Under the pieces are notes generated by a model. The model was not told the DNA's origin and made no database searches. It saw only the letters and a program-made list of their open reading frames with translations. 64,000 bases of DNA from an uncultured Spirochaetota bacterium (GTDB lineage: Bacteria > Spirochaetota > Brevinematia > Brevinematales > JAOACQ01), in contig CAVYGN010000002.1 of assembly GCA_963768055.1 (NCBI GenBank), positions 1,792,001 to 1,856,000 of the forward strand. Reading direction: 5' to 3'. Shown one piece after another: positions 31,401 to 40,160 of this stretch (position 1 is its first letter; each line of letters opens with the position of its first letter). The translations under genes were made by a program, and so were the position numbers.

Positions 31401-32173
31401 AAATATTCCGACATTTTCGAAAAGGCATTTTCGAGCATTCCGATCTCGTCTCCTGAAGCCGAACCCTTCTTTTCAACGGTTTCTAAATCGCCGTCCGCGA
31501 TGCGGTCAGAAGCCCTGATCAGGCCGCCGATCGGGATCGTGACGCTGCGGATAAACAAATAAGCTATGAAAGCCCCGGCCGTTACGCTTAGAATAAATAA
31601 TAATCCGATAAAAAATATTGTGGAATTTCTTATTTTAACGGAACCGTCGACAAGGGTTTCTACAAGATTTTCTTCATAGGAGGTTAATTTATCCATTTTC
31701 TCATTTATCAATTGGACCTGGCTGTTCCCTTTTGTTTTTGTAATGACAGCAGCCTCGGCATATTTCTTCTCCTTAACGTTTTGAATGACTTCGGCCCTGA
31801 TGGGTCTCCAGTCCAGGATCGCCTGGTAAGCCGATTCGTATAAAACTTTGTCCCCTAAAAAACCGGTTTTGATTATTTCGAATTCTTCTATAATCATATC
31901 TTCATGGGTATTCACATCGGATATGGCCCGATCCAGTTCATCAGAAGACCTGGAAAGCACTATGTCTTTCATGGAACGGTGCATGGCGAAAATATTGGCC
32001 TGAACCTCCAGGGAAGCTTTTGTTTTTTTATAAGGATGGTCGTAGATTTCTTTGGTGGTAGTTGATAAATAAGACATCTGAACGATGGCTATAAATCCCG
32101 CTATTGAAAAAATTAAAATGATGATAAAAAAGCCGAGGCCCAGTTTATAAGGGATCTTTAAATTTTTAAACAT
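28481..32173 (-). CDS. Membrane hybrid histidine kinase (four-helix sensor, HAMP, GAF, Q/E-rich coil, HisKA, HATPase, three REC)
   Basis: Two TMs, DEIG HAMP, GEGVVGQAA GAF, SHELRTPL, three receiver motifs; start MFKNLK after GGAGGG. Confidence 0.9.
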   Translation of the reverse strand: MFKNLKIPYKLGLGFFIIILIFSIAGFIAIVQMSYLSTTTKEIYDHPYKKTKASLEVQANIFAMHRSMKDIVLSRSSDELDRAISDVNTHEDMIIEEFEIIKTGFLGDKVLYESAYQAILDWRPIRAEVIQNVKEKKYAEAAVITKTKGNSQVQLINEKMDKLTSYEENLVETLVDGSVKIRNSTIFFIGLLFILSVTAGAFIAYLFIRSVTIPIGGLIRASDRIADGDLETVEKKGSASGDEIGMLENAFSKMSEYLKTMVLQANAVANGDYSIMIVPRSEKDTLSIAMKIMTESLKNNKHINDEQFWLKDGLNKLAHELYGNLSPERICNISSSFIGRYVNAGMCVFYIYNAEPGLLMLEGSYAYTEKSNLSDRYKLGEGVVGQAALEKKPIFLKNIRQNEIIIPTGTSAGSPLNTYTLPIVFEDELLGIIEIASFESMSPAVIDFLTSSNSIIANYLYSSLQNNKIKELLKISEEATGEAQRKSAEIQAVNTTLEEQQQQLQQQSEELQQTNSLLEEQQQQLQQQSEELQQSNDLLKEQQEQLETRAEQLKENNEILSRSKIELEGANKYKSQFLANMSHELRTPLNSIILLSSILSRNEKNTFSVPDIERLKVIYQSGNELLRLINDILDLSKIESGKISLQVSSFDSRGFVKEFKSMFSPLAIEKELDFAVKDNIKGSLVTDKDKLSQIVRNFLSNAFKFTKKGGVKLILDKRDTPEYPFSVSVTDSGEGIPKNKQEIIFEAFQQVDGSISRQYGGTGLGLSIARELAALIRGKITIDSEKGSGSTFSILFPILDAGRENSKPVQERAAADVQTAGDLILDDRDNIAPLDTVIMIIDDDRSFVLNLLEVLHKKNLKVLFALNGKDGMEMIKRYRPQGILLDLILPDTDGFNILRDLKSTRELEKIPVMIISGKDKDENYSRSGAFDYIEKPVNLEKFELSLNNMLSKPGSKSKINKILLVEDNEVLRKALHQLLSKGNTQISEAVSREEALEKINESEFNLAIIDLGLKEGNGFEICKIIKEKKLNLPVLIYTGKNLTADQEKTLKKYSESIIIKTVHSDIRLMEEADYFLNRAKESNTQNSRRINTGSGAERLDLREKTILIVDDDIKNVFVLTSALEDFNAKILDAQNGKEALKLLNTQKVDLVLMDIMMPEMDGYQTTREIRKNSRMKEIPIIALTAKALAGDREKCLEAGADDYITKPIDYDGLIHLIGAWIEKKREKQAE
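30573..30685. repeat. Intragenic duplication with 63-bp period encoding LEEQQQQLQQQSEELQQ twice
   Basis: 50-bp copies at 30573-30622 and 30636-30685, two mismatches. Confidence 0.9.
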
Positions 32174-32344
32174 TCCTGACACCCTCCAAAATAATTCCAT
32201 CAGTAAAAACATTTTTTACTGATTGTATTGTATTTAACAGGCGTTAATATTTCAAAGAATTATAATAAAACCATGACAGGCATTAAGCTCATATGTTAGA
32301 AAAATATTAGGGTAGGGAGTATATTTGATAAATGGCTGTGGTGA

Positions 32345-32572
32345 TCAGGGCTGTTTTTCATCCTGGGGGACTTCAACCCTGTAAGTGACCTTATCGTTTA
32401 AAAGATCGTTGATGGCGCTTATAGTAACCTTTTCTTTCTGGCTCCTGTTTATTGGTATCTCAAGGTCTTCGTCGTTTTTCTGTGAAAGATATCGGGCATA
32501 TTTGGACATCGCGCTGGTTTTTTCGTATTTATTCCCCTGGAAAGAGAGAATTTTATCTATCTGTAAAGACAT
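32345..32572 (-). CDS. rpoZ: RNA polymerase omega subunit, spirochaete-type
   Basis: 75 aa, GNKYE...KYARYL...KVTISAINDLLNDKVTY pattern; GGAGG RBS before MSLQ. Confidence 0.7.
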   Translation of the reverse strand: MSLQIDKILSFQGNKYEKTSAMSKYARYLSQKNDEDLEIPINRSQKEKVTISAINDLLNDKVTYRVEVPQDEKQP

Positions 32573-32669
32573 TTCTTCCTCCATGAAGATAATATAGATC
32601 ATTAAGTATAAATTATGTAGATCTTTATGTCAATTTTATAATTGGAAATAAGTTACAAATAGGTGCGCG

Positions 32670-34184
32670 TCAGCTTTGCAGGCAGATCATACATATGTCG
32701 TCTTCGAAGTCTTCATTTCCCTTGAAATTTATCAGGCTTCTCATCAGGTTTGCGACAAATTCATCAGGCGGTAATTTTGAAAAGCTCAGCAGGGACCTTT
32801 TAAGCTCATATTCCTCAAAATCTTCCATCATATTGTATGAGCTGATAGTATCGGTTAAGCCGTCGGTATAGATAAGAAGCTTCGAATTTTCTTCGAGGAT
32901 AACTGTAAGATCTTTGTGCATAGCCGCCGCTTCGGTATTTTCAAGTATGCCGAGGGGAATTCCCTTGTTATCGGAGGGAAGGTTGCCGATTTTATTATTT
33001 CCGATTATATATGGAAGGTTATGGCCGGCGTTAGCGTATGTAAATGCCCTTTCTGAAAAATCATAAATACCGTAAAGGGCTGTAATAAAAAGTTCGGTGG
33101 AAAGGTCCATCAGGAAAAGGTTTAACCGGGATAAAAATAATGAAGGGCTGTGGGTCCATTCTCCCGCTTGAAGTATGAAACTCTTTACCATAGACGTCAT
33201 CATTGCCGCCGGTGCGCCATGGCCCGATATATCGCTGATGAATATCCCTGCTTTCGCCTTTTCTTTGAAGGATATGAAATCATAAAAATCACCGCCCAAT
33301 TTTTCCATCGGCCTGTAGCATACGCTTATCCGATCGAACGGCGGGACTTTCGGGATCATCTGAAGCTGGATCCTTTTCGCTATTTCAAGCTCGCTCTCTA
33401 TCTGGCTGTTCTTCAAATTTATCTGCCGGCGTTCAAGTTCTAGCTCCAGATTTTTTGTCTTTAGTTCGGAGGTTAAAAGTTCAAGCGATTTAGATTTTGT
33501 TATTAATTCCCGGTTTTGATTTTCTATTAAAAGGGTTCCGGCGAAATCTTTTAATTTGTTTTTATAGAATGTAAAGCATATGAAAAGGCCTATGATTAAC
33601 GCTAAAGTACTGTTTGTGATATTGGCGGCTAAAATACTGCTGTCCTTTTGCAGGGCTATGGCCCCCGTTAAAAAAACAAGATGGGGAAGTGCATATATGA
33701 GCAATGCCGATTTCAAACTCATATTCATCAATATTCCCGTACCCAGAAGGCCGATCAGATAAACCAGGAATTGTCCGTTAGTCAACTGATCCGCTACGCT
33801 GTTCAGCGAGCTGAGCATTAAAATTGAAAAAGCGTAGAATTTATTAATGAAGACTTGGTATATTTTTATATTTCCAGGTCTATCATGAAAAAGGGCGAAG
33901 TTAATTACTGCAGTGAAGATTGTTACGAGCAAAAACCCCAGATCGGCAAGGGTGTTCAAAAAATCGTGATAATAATGCCGATTATTCGGGTTATACAGGT
34001 CGGACAGATCGGAAAAAATAATTACGGGGACTAAATATAAAATCAGCAGCAGGCTAAAATATTTAATCTTGCGGTAATTTTGAAAATCTATTTCATTTTT
34101 GAAAGTCTCTTTCTCAATACCGACCAGTTCTACAGCAGGCGGCTTGAAAATAGAAGAATATATCGATTTAATAAATTTCTTCAT
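32670..34184 (-). CDS. Membrane SpoIIE/PP2C-family phosphatase
   Basis: Multi-TM N-terminus; LGGDFYD, DISGHG, NAGH, YTDGL, DDI. Confidence 0.9.
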   Translation of the reverse strand: MKKFIKSIYSSIFKPPAVELVGIEKETFKNEIDFQNYRKIKYFSLLLILYLVPVIIFSDLSDLYNPNNRHYYHDFLNTLADLGFLLVTIFTAVINFALFHDRPGNIKIYQVFINKFYAFSILMLSSLNSVADQLTNGQFLVYLIGLLGTGILMNMSLKSALLIYALPHLVFLTGAIALQKDSSILAANITNSTLALIIGLFICFTFYKNKLKDFAGTLLIENQNRELITKSKSLELLTSELKTKNLELELERRQINLKNSQIESELEIAKRIQLQMIPKVPPFDRISVCYRPMEKLGGDFYDFISFKEKAKAGIFISDISGHGAPAAMMTSMVKSFILQAGEWTHSPSLFLSRLNLFLMDLSTELFITALYGIYDFSERAFTYANAGHNLPYIIGNNKIGNLPSDNKGIPLGILENTEAAAMHKDLTVILEENSKLLIYTDGLTDTISSYNMMEDFEEYELKRSLLSFSKLPPDEFVANLMRSLINFKGNEDFEDDICMICLQS

Positions 34185-34330
34185 GACGGCAGCTCCTTCA
34201 ACACCAAATTTATTAGAAGCGCCCTTAAAAAATTATGCCATATAATTAAATTCAAAGCAAATTTAAAAAGGGCCATTCAATATTATACTGATCTTTATAA
34301 AATCAAATTTTATCGTGCATTATGACGGGT

Positions 34331-34427
34331 TGTCATTTCGGAGCGTTTATCCTGCGGAAGAAATCTTCCCCGATGCAAGATTTCTCGTCCCCCTACGGGG
34401 ATAAACGCTTTGCTCCTCGAAATGACA
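34331..34427. repeat. 97-bp palindromic REP/MITE-like element
   Basis: Nested inverted arms TGTCATTTCG/CGAAATGACA, AGCGTTTATCC/GGATAAACGCT, AGAAATCTT/AAGATTTCT. Confidence 0.8.
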
Positions 34428-34602
34428 TTGCCATCGAAAAATGACGGAAAGTGAATATTCTTAATTCGGGGGGAATAGGATTGAGCTTCAGGGTAGCATC
34501 TGCAATGTAATTAATCTTGCCATATCAATACGATGATGTTATATTTATGTGTTTTTCATAAAGAGCGGGCCGGGGATGAAAAAAATATAGGAGGATTATT
34601 GT

Positions 34603-35142
34603 ATGGGCGAGTATTTAAATCAAATTCCTGAAAAGATCCGGGATCACATTAAAGGAATAACAAGGACATCAGGATTACCCGATACCGATGATTCGGTGGA
34701 AAAGATCGCCGAGGCATGGCTTGAAAAAGAAAAGAAGTTCGTCGGTGAGATCGAGGCTCAAAAAATGGAGGAAGTTGAAATCCTGAGAAAGGATGAGCCC
34801 AACGGCGCTGTCATTATGACTTATTCAGGATCCCTGCTCTCCATCGGACCGATAATTAACGACTCCAGGAAAGTAAGCTACGCCAGCATAGAACTAAGGC
34901 AGGACGTACCCCACATGCTTTCAAAAGACGACGCGAAGATGACTGAGGACCTTGCGACCGACCAGCGCGCCATGTTCGATGACGGCCCCGTTCAAAAAAC
35001 TTCTCCTATTTTCAAGATAGCCGTTTCAGCTATCAAATTGCCTCCTGAAGAAGAAGCCGCGAAGCTGGATAATGTGACTCTGATATTGACAAAGGAATTT
35101 GTGAACGTAAATAAAACTTTTGTGAGCGATGAAGAGAAGTAA
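34603..35142 (+). CDS. Hypothetical acidic protein, first gene of the kinase cluster
   Basis: AGGAGG RBS, 179 aa, no motif recognised. Confidence 0.75.
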   Translation: MGEYLNQIPEKIRDHIKGITRTSGLPDTDDSVEKIAEAWLEKEKKFVGEIEAQKMEEVEILRKDEPNGAVIMTYSGSLLSIGPIINDSRKVSYASIELRQDVPHMLSKDDAKMTEDLATDQRAMFDDGPVQKTSPIFKIAVSAIKLPPEEEAAKLDNVTLILTKEFVNVNKTFVSDEEK

Positions 35143-35172
35143 AGCCAATTACGAAAGGGGACAAGGGAAAAA

Positions 35173-36798
35173 TTGGACAATTTAATGGAGCGGATCGGTA
35201 AATATCTGATCATTGAGAAAATAGCTACGGGCGGGATGTCGAACGTTTACAAAGTCAAACACCCCACTCTGGACAGTTATATGATCTTGAAGCAGCTCAA
35301 TATAAAAGGGGTAGAGGGGGTAGTTGAAAGGTTTAAAAGAGAAGCCCGAATCATGTTTAACTTTAGAAGTGAGAATATCGTACAGGTTTATGATCATTTC
35401 AAAGAGGGAACCTCATATTATATAGTAATGGAATATATAGACGGCATGGGGCTGGACAAGGTAATACAGGCTAAAAGGCATCTGACGACCGAGGCCGCCG
35501 TTCTTATACTGTTCGAAATATGCAAGGGGTTAAAATATGCGCATGACAAGGGAGTAATCCATAGGGATATAAAACCGGCCAATATTATGGTTTCAAAAGA
35601 AGGCGAGATCAAGCTTACGGATTTCGGCATTGCCAAGTCCGAGGAAGACGCTCCCGACGGATTGACGCTGAAGGGCACCACCCTGGGTACTCCTTCATAT
35701 ATGGCTCCGGAACAGATCGCCGACAGCAAAGATGTTGATAAAAGGGCCGATATTTTTTCGCTTGGGGTTCTTTTTTACCAGTCGCTTACCGGAAAATTAC
35801 CCTTTGCTTCCGATATCCCGGCCAAGACAATTGCACTGATTGAAAAGGGAAGGTATAAGAAGCCGAGGAGGATAAATCCAAGGATCCCGCCTAAAATTCA
35901 GACGATAATAACTAAAATGATACGCAAAAAGGCAAGGTCAAGGTTTAAGGACCTGGGCTTTGTATTGGAGAGATTAAGCCCGTATTTAAAACAATATAAA
36001 ACTCAACAGCAAAAGAACGACGACATCAGGGATTATATTTTCGGCGATGAAAAATCATTTTCTTTTAAAAGGATCCAGAAAAGCGGGGCCTTTTATTTCC
36101 GCATTATAGCCCTGGTATTTTTGATATCGGGGATCCTCGGATATTATTTTTATCATAAGGGATTATATCATGACCTTTTAGTGAGGGGCAGTTATGGTAA
36201 GATCTCCCTTAAGATAACACTGGATAAAAGCATTAGGAAATATAATCCCGATATCATTAAAGCGACTCTTTTCAGCAAAGATAAAAATGGGAACTTCAGG
36301 GAAACCGGAAGCCTAAACTGCCGGTTAGCGACCAATAGAAATTATAAATCCGAGGAATTTATCCATTATTTATCCGATGATATATACCTTAAAGCCGACG
36401 ATTATATCCTCAGTTCCGATATTATCGATGAGAAGTTTTACAGGGAATTTAAAGTCGAGCCTATGACGGGGGAGGAATCCTTTAAATTTCCGGCCAGGGC
36501 AAAAGAGATTGAATTGTTATACACAGAGCCGCCCGAATTGCCGCTGGATATCCGGTATTATTTTTATGATAAGACGGATGAAACCAGGATCGGCGATGTT
36601 GCAATTTATCTTTATGACCGGAATGACTGGGTCAAATGGGAAATTTACAGGGATAAACGTAAAGACGCGTTATTAACGGATAAAACTTATTATTTCAAAT
36701 TTGAAAAGGAAGGGTATTTGACTAAGAGGCTGAATATTTCAGTCAACAGGTCTGAAACGGTACTGAAACTATTCGTTTATCTTGTTCCGATACAGTAA
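35173..36798 (+). CDS. Membrane Hanks-type Ser/Thr kinase
   Basis: IATGGMSNVY, HRDIKPAN, DFGIA, YMAPEQ; one TM. Confidence 0.95.
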   Translation: MDNLMERIGKYLIIEKIATGGMSNVYKVKHPTLDSYMILKQLNIKGVEGVVERFKREARIMFNFRSENIVQVYDHFKEGTSYYIVMEYIDGMGLDKVIQAKRHLTTEAAVLILFEICKGLKYAHDKGVIHRDIKPANIMVSKEGEIKLTDFGIAKSEEDAPDGLTLKGTTLGTPSYMAPEQIADSKDVDKRADIFSLGVLFYQSLTGKLPFASDIPAKTIALIEKGRYKKPRRINPRIPPKIQTIITKMIRKKARSRFKDLGFVLERLSPYLKQYKTQQQKNDDIRDYIFGDEKSFSFKRIQKSGAFYFRIIALVFLISGILGYYFYHKGLYHDLLVRGSYGKISLKITLDKSIRKYNPDIIKATLFSKDKNGNFRETGSLNCRLATNRNYKSEEFIHYLSDDIYLKADDYILSSDIIDEKFYREFKVEPMTGEESFKFPARAKEIELLYTEPPELPLDIRYYFYDKTDETRIGDVAIYLYDRNDWVKWEIYRDKRKDALLTDKTYYFKFEKEGYLTKRLNISVNRSETVLKLFVYLVPIQ

Positions 36799-36828
36799 GC
36801 CGGCTGGATTTTATGAAGGGGTTCTTAT

Positions 36829-37719
36829 ATGACGGTAATCGTTAAAAGATTATTTCTCTGTATCATAGGGTTACTGGGAGGGTTTTCTTCCTGGTCCGCG
36901 GTGGAATCTGTAATAATTTTCCAGTCATTTTTTCCTTCGTACCTGGTATTCGGTTCTGTTCTGGGAATGATTGTCGGCGCGTTTACAGGCGGATTCTTCG
37001 GTTCGAGCGAGGGCATTTTCCTCTCGGACTGGAAAAAAATATGGAAGGGGATCTTTACCGGGACTATTACCGGCATAATCGGAGGGGCGGCGGGATTTAT
37101 AGCCGGACAGGCGGCATTATTCGCCGCCGGCAATAATATTATTCGATCGGCTTCGGATATCGATAATTGGGCCCTGCCTCTCGCCAGGGCCTGCGGCTGG
37201 GCCATTCTTGGCGTTTTTATAGGCCTGACTGAGGGGATTAGAGCCGGATCTTTTAATAAGTTAAGGGTGGGATTTTTAGGCGGGTTATGCGGAGGGATCG
37301 TAGGAGGCTTAGCCGTGGAATATCTGCCCAGGGTCATCAGCAATCTGCCGATGTCAAGACTTATCGGTTTTCTTATTTTCGGGCTTATGATCGGTTTTTT
37401 TTATTCTCTTCTCGAAAAATCTTTTTCTTTTGGAATATTGAGGCTTTTGAACGGTAAATTTAAAGGTAAGGAGTTTTTATTAAACCAGAGAAGGATAATG
37501 ATAGGATCCTCAGGTAAATGCGAAATTTCATTGATCGATTATGACAATGTAGAGCCCCTGCACGCTGAAGTAATATCCAGGGGCATTAATATCAGTATCA
37601 GAAAGCATGCAAAAGAATCTATTATGAAGGTTAACGACGATATGGTCGAAAATCAGAAGCTCATGCTGGACGACGTGATCCAGATAGGAGGCGCCAAGTT
37701 CCTCTTCAAATATAGTTGA
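36829..37719 (+). CDS. Gly-rich multi-TM protein with C-terminal FHA-like domain
   Basis: GxxxG-rich TMs; GKEFLL...IGS...HAEV...VND...DVIQIG. Confidence 0.75.
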   Translation: MTVIVKRLFLCIIGLLGGFSSWSAVESVIIFQSFFPSYLVFGSVLGMIVGAFTGGFFGSSEGIFLSDWKKIWKGIFTGTITGIIGGAAGFIAGQAALFAAGNNIIRSASDIDNWALPLARACGWAILGVFIGLTEGIRAGSFNKLRVGFLGGLCGGIVGGLAVEYLPRVISNLPMSRLIGFLIFGLMIGFFYSLLEKSFSFGILRLLNGKFKGKEFLLNQRRIMIGSSGKCEISLIDYDNVEPLHAEVISRGINISIRKHAKESIMKVNDDMVENQKLMLDDVIQIGGAKFLFKYS

Positions 37720-37734
37720 TTAAGGGGGTTCATT

Positions 37735-39171
37735 GTGTCTCAAAGATTGATAGTATTTTTTGCATTAATTTTTATATTCTGCAAGTCCTTCGGCGACTTT
37801 TTGAATATTACGGAGATTGATAATTCCGATTTGCTGTTCAGCCAGAAAATCAAGGTTTATGTAAGCGTTCTTGATGATGAGGGGAAACCGGTAAATCGAA
37901 TATCGTCAAATGATTTCAGGGTTTACGAATCATCCCGGCCCGGTGTAAACGATCATAAACCGGCAATCATTACCGGGTTTATTCCCGAAGCTAATATTGA
38001 AAACGGGGTCAGTTTTTTGCTTCTACTCGATAACTCAGGCAGCATGTATAATGATATCAATGATAAAGAGACTGATGACCCGGGCAAAACCAGAATCGCC
38101 AATGCGAAAGAAGCGGTCTTGAATTTTTTAAACAGCATGGAAAATCCGAAAGACAAGGCCGGGATAGCGTCCTTTAACAGCTTCTATACCCTCTATTGCG
38201 GTCCCTTAAAAGACAAATCAAGGGTTGAAAATTATCTCGATGAAATAAAAAAACCGAAGGGCGACGAAGGGTGGACTGAAATTTATTCGAGCCTGTTTCT
38301 TGCCGCGGATGATTTTAAACAGATTTCAGGAAGAAAAGTTATAATCATCCTGTCAGACGGTGAAAATATGCCGTATTATAAAAATACGGGTAAATTGCAG
38401 AAGGATTTCGGAAAAAGGTTGTTTACATACCAGGATGACATTGGAAAATACCTGCATGAATGTGTAACCGTATTTGTGATAAACTACGGTAAACCTGAAG
38501 AAATAAAGGATAGCGGATTAAAAATAATAGCCCGGGAAACCGGGGGGTCGGTATTCGATGCTTCAAATGCCGATGAATTGAAAAGCGTTTATTCAGTCAT
38601 CAGGAACAGAATACTTAACGAATATTTAATCACCTACAAAGCGGGAATGGAACCTTCCGATAAAAAATATCTGCGGGTAGAACTGGAAACTACAAACGGC
38701 AATATAAATTCGGCCAGGTTTTATTACTCCAGCCTTATTTTTGGCGTTCCTGCCGGAAATTTTACGCCTATTTTATTGGCGCCTATAATATTGGCAATAA
38801 TTTTACTATGGATCCTGTCCATGATCAAGTTTAAAAACAGGAATAAAAAACCATTGCTCGAAGTCCTGGACGCCCCGATGAGGACTGTCATAAACAGGAC
38901 CCTGGCCCTGACAAAAAATGAGACGGTAATTGGAGCTTCCCCAAAGGCTGATATGACAATTCCCGGCAAGCATGAGGAGGACAGGGAATACGCGACGATA
39001 ATTTATGACGAGAAAACTAAAATTTATGCCGTTAAGAGTAAAGATGAAATCATGGTAAACAATAAGCCGGTCAGGACCAAGGTGCTTGAATCGGGAGATG
39101 TTATCAACGCCGGAGGTGTTTCAATCGTCTTCGATTCCGGCGATTCTGGCGGGGAAAAGAAAGATCATTGA
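37735..39171 (+). CDS. vWA-domain membrane protein with C-terminal FHA-like domain
   Basis: MIDAS DNSGS, ILSDG; TM; VNNKPV...LESGDVI. Confidence 0.8.
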   Translation: MSQRLIVFFALIFIFCKSFGDFLNITEIDNSDLLFSQKIKVYVSVLDDEGKPVNRISSNDFRVYESSRPGVNDHKPAIITGFIPEANIENGVSFLLLLDNSGSMYNDINDKETDDPGKTRIANAKEAVLNFLNSMENPKDKAGIASFNSFYTLYCGPLKDKSRVENYLDEIKKPKGDEGWTEIYSSLFLAADDFKQISGRKVIIILSDGENMPYYKNTGKLQKDFGKRLFTYQDDIGKYLHECVTVFVINYGKPEEIKDSGLKIIARETGGSVFDASNADELKSVYSVIRNRILNEYLITYKAGMEPSDKKYLRVELETTNGNINSARFYYSSLIFGVPAGNFTPILLAPIILAIILLWILSMIKFKNRNKKPLLEVLDAPMRTVINRTLALTKNETVIGASPKADMTIPGKHEEDREYATIIYDEKTKIYAVKSKDEIMVNNKPVRTKVLESGDVINAGGVSIVFDSGDSGGEKKDH

Positions 39172-39950
39172 TCCTCTTTAAATTTACGGCCTTCAAAGTA
39201 GCCTGTTTTTAAGGATTTAATATTTTCGATCATATTCTCTAAAATATCGAAACCTGAGCCTATCTCGGCTCTTGAATGAGCGTCAGAACCCGTCGTTATT
39301 ATCTGTCCGCCTGCAAGGGAATATCCGGTGAGGATGTAAATTCCCGGCATCGGTTCTTCAATGCCTTTTCTCAGGGTGGAAGTATTCAATTCGAGAGCTA
39401 TGCCGTTTTTTTTCATCTTTTCAAGCACTTCCCCCTCGATCTTACCATAAAAATTTTCTCCCAGGTATCTTTTCGGAAAATCGAAATGCGCGATAACGTC
39501 GAAACCGCCGAATTCGACCGACTTTAATAGCTCAATAAAGTACATTTCAAATATTTGATCTTTGGTATATAGCCTTTCAAGATCATTTTCGCCGACAAAA
39601 TGGTTGCCGATCCAGTGAACCGCGCCCAAAATCATGTCAAAATCCAATTTAAGAACTTTCTCGAATTCTTTCGGATGAAGGTGCGGTTCTCCGACTTCAA
39701 CGCCCTTCAGAACCTTTAAACCGGGGCTATACTCCCGCCTGGCCCTGTCGATTAATTTTGAATAATTATCAAAGTCGAAACCTTCAATTCCATTGGCAAG
39801 GTCAAGGTGTTCTGTAAAACATATTATTTTTATATTTTTTTTAACGGCTTCACAGCACATATCCGGGATAGGATCGGCGCCGTCTTTTGAGATTGTCGAG
39901 TGGACATGAAGGTCCATCCTTACCGGCATAAAAAACCTCTGTTTTGCCAA
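39165..39950 (-). CDS. PHP-family histidinol-phosphatase (HisJ-like)
   Basis: DLHVHS, FTEH, GVEVG, IAHFD, ELNTS, GSDAH. Confidence 0.85.
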   Translation of the reverse strand: MAKQRFFMPVRMDLHVHSTISKDGADPIPDMCCEAVKKNIKIICFTEHLDLANGIEGFDFDNYSKLIDRARREYSPGLKVLKGVEVGEPHLHPKEFEKVLKLDFDMILGAVHWIGNHFVGENDLERLYTKDQIFEMYFIELLKSVEFGGFDVIAHFDFPKRYLGENFYGKIEGEVLEKMKKNGIALELNTSTLRKGIEEPMPGIYILTGYSLAGGQIITTGSDAHSRAEIGSGFDILENMIENIKSLKTGYFEGRKFKEDQ

Positions 39951-40013
39951 GTGTGATTAATTATCAAGGAAATATTTTAAAGTAATGCATAACATTAAGC
40001 AAATGTAGGACGG

Positions 40014-40107
40014 CAGTCGACAGTCAGCAGTCGAAAGTCAATATTTTAAGCAATACTTTATAGGTGATAATGTGACTGCAGACTGTAGACTAAAGACTGT
40101 TGACTGA
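40014..40107. repeat. Inverted pair of heptamer tandem arrays
   Basis: CAGTCGA-CAGTCAG-CAGTCGA-AAGTCAA ... TGACTGC-AGACTGT-AGACTAA-AGACTGT-TGACTGA. Confidence 0.75.
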
Positions 40108-40160
40108 AGTAATTTGATATAACGTCTCAATTGAATTAAAATCATTCGATTGAGGGTAGT

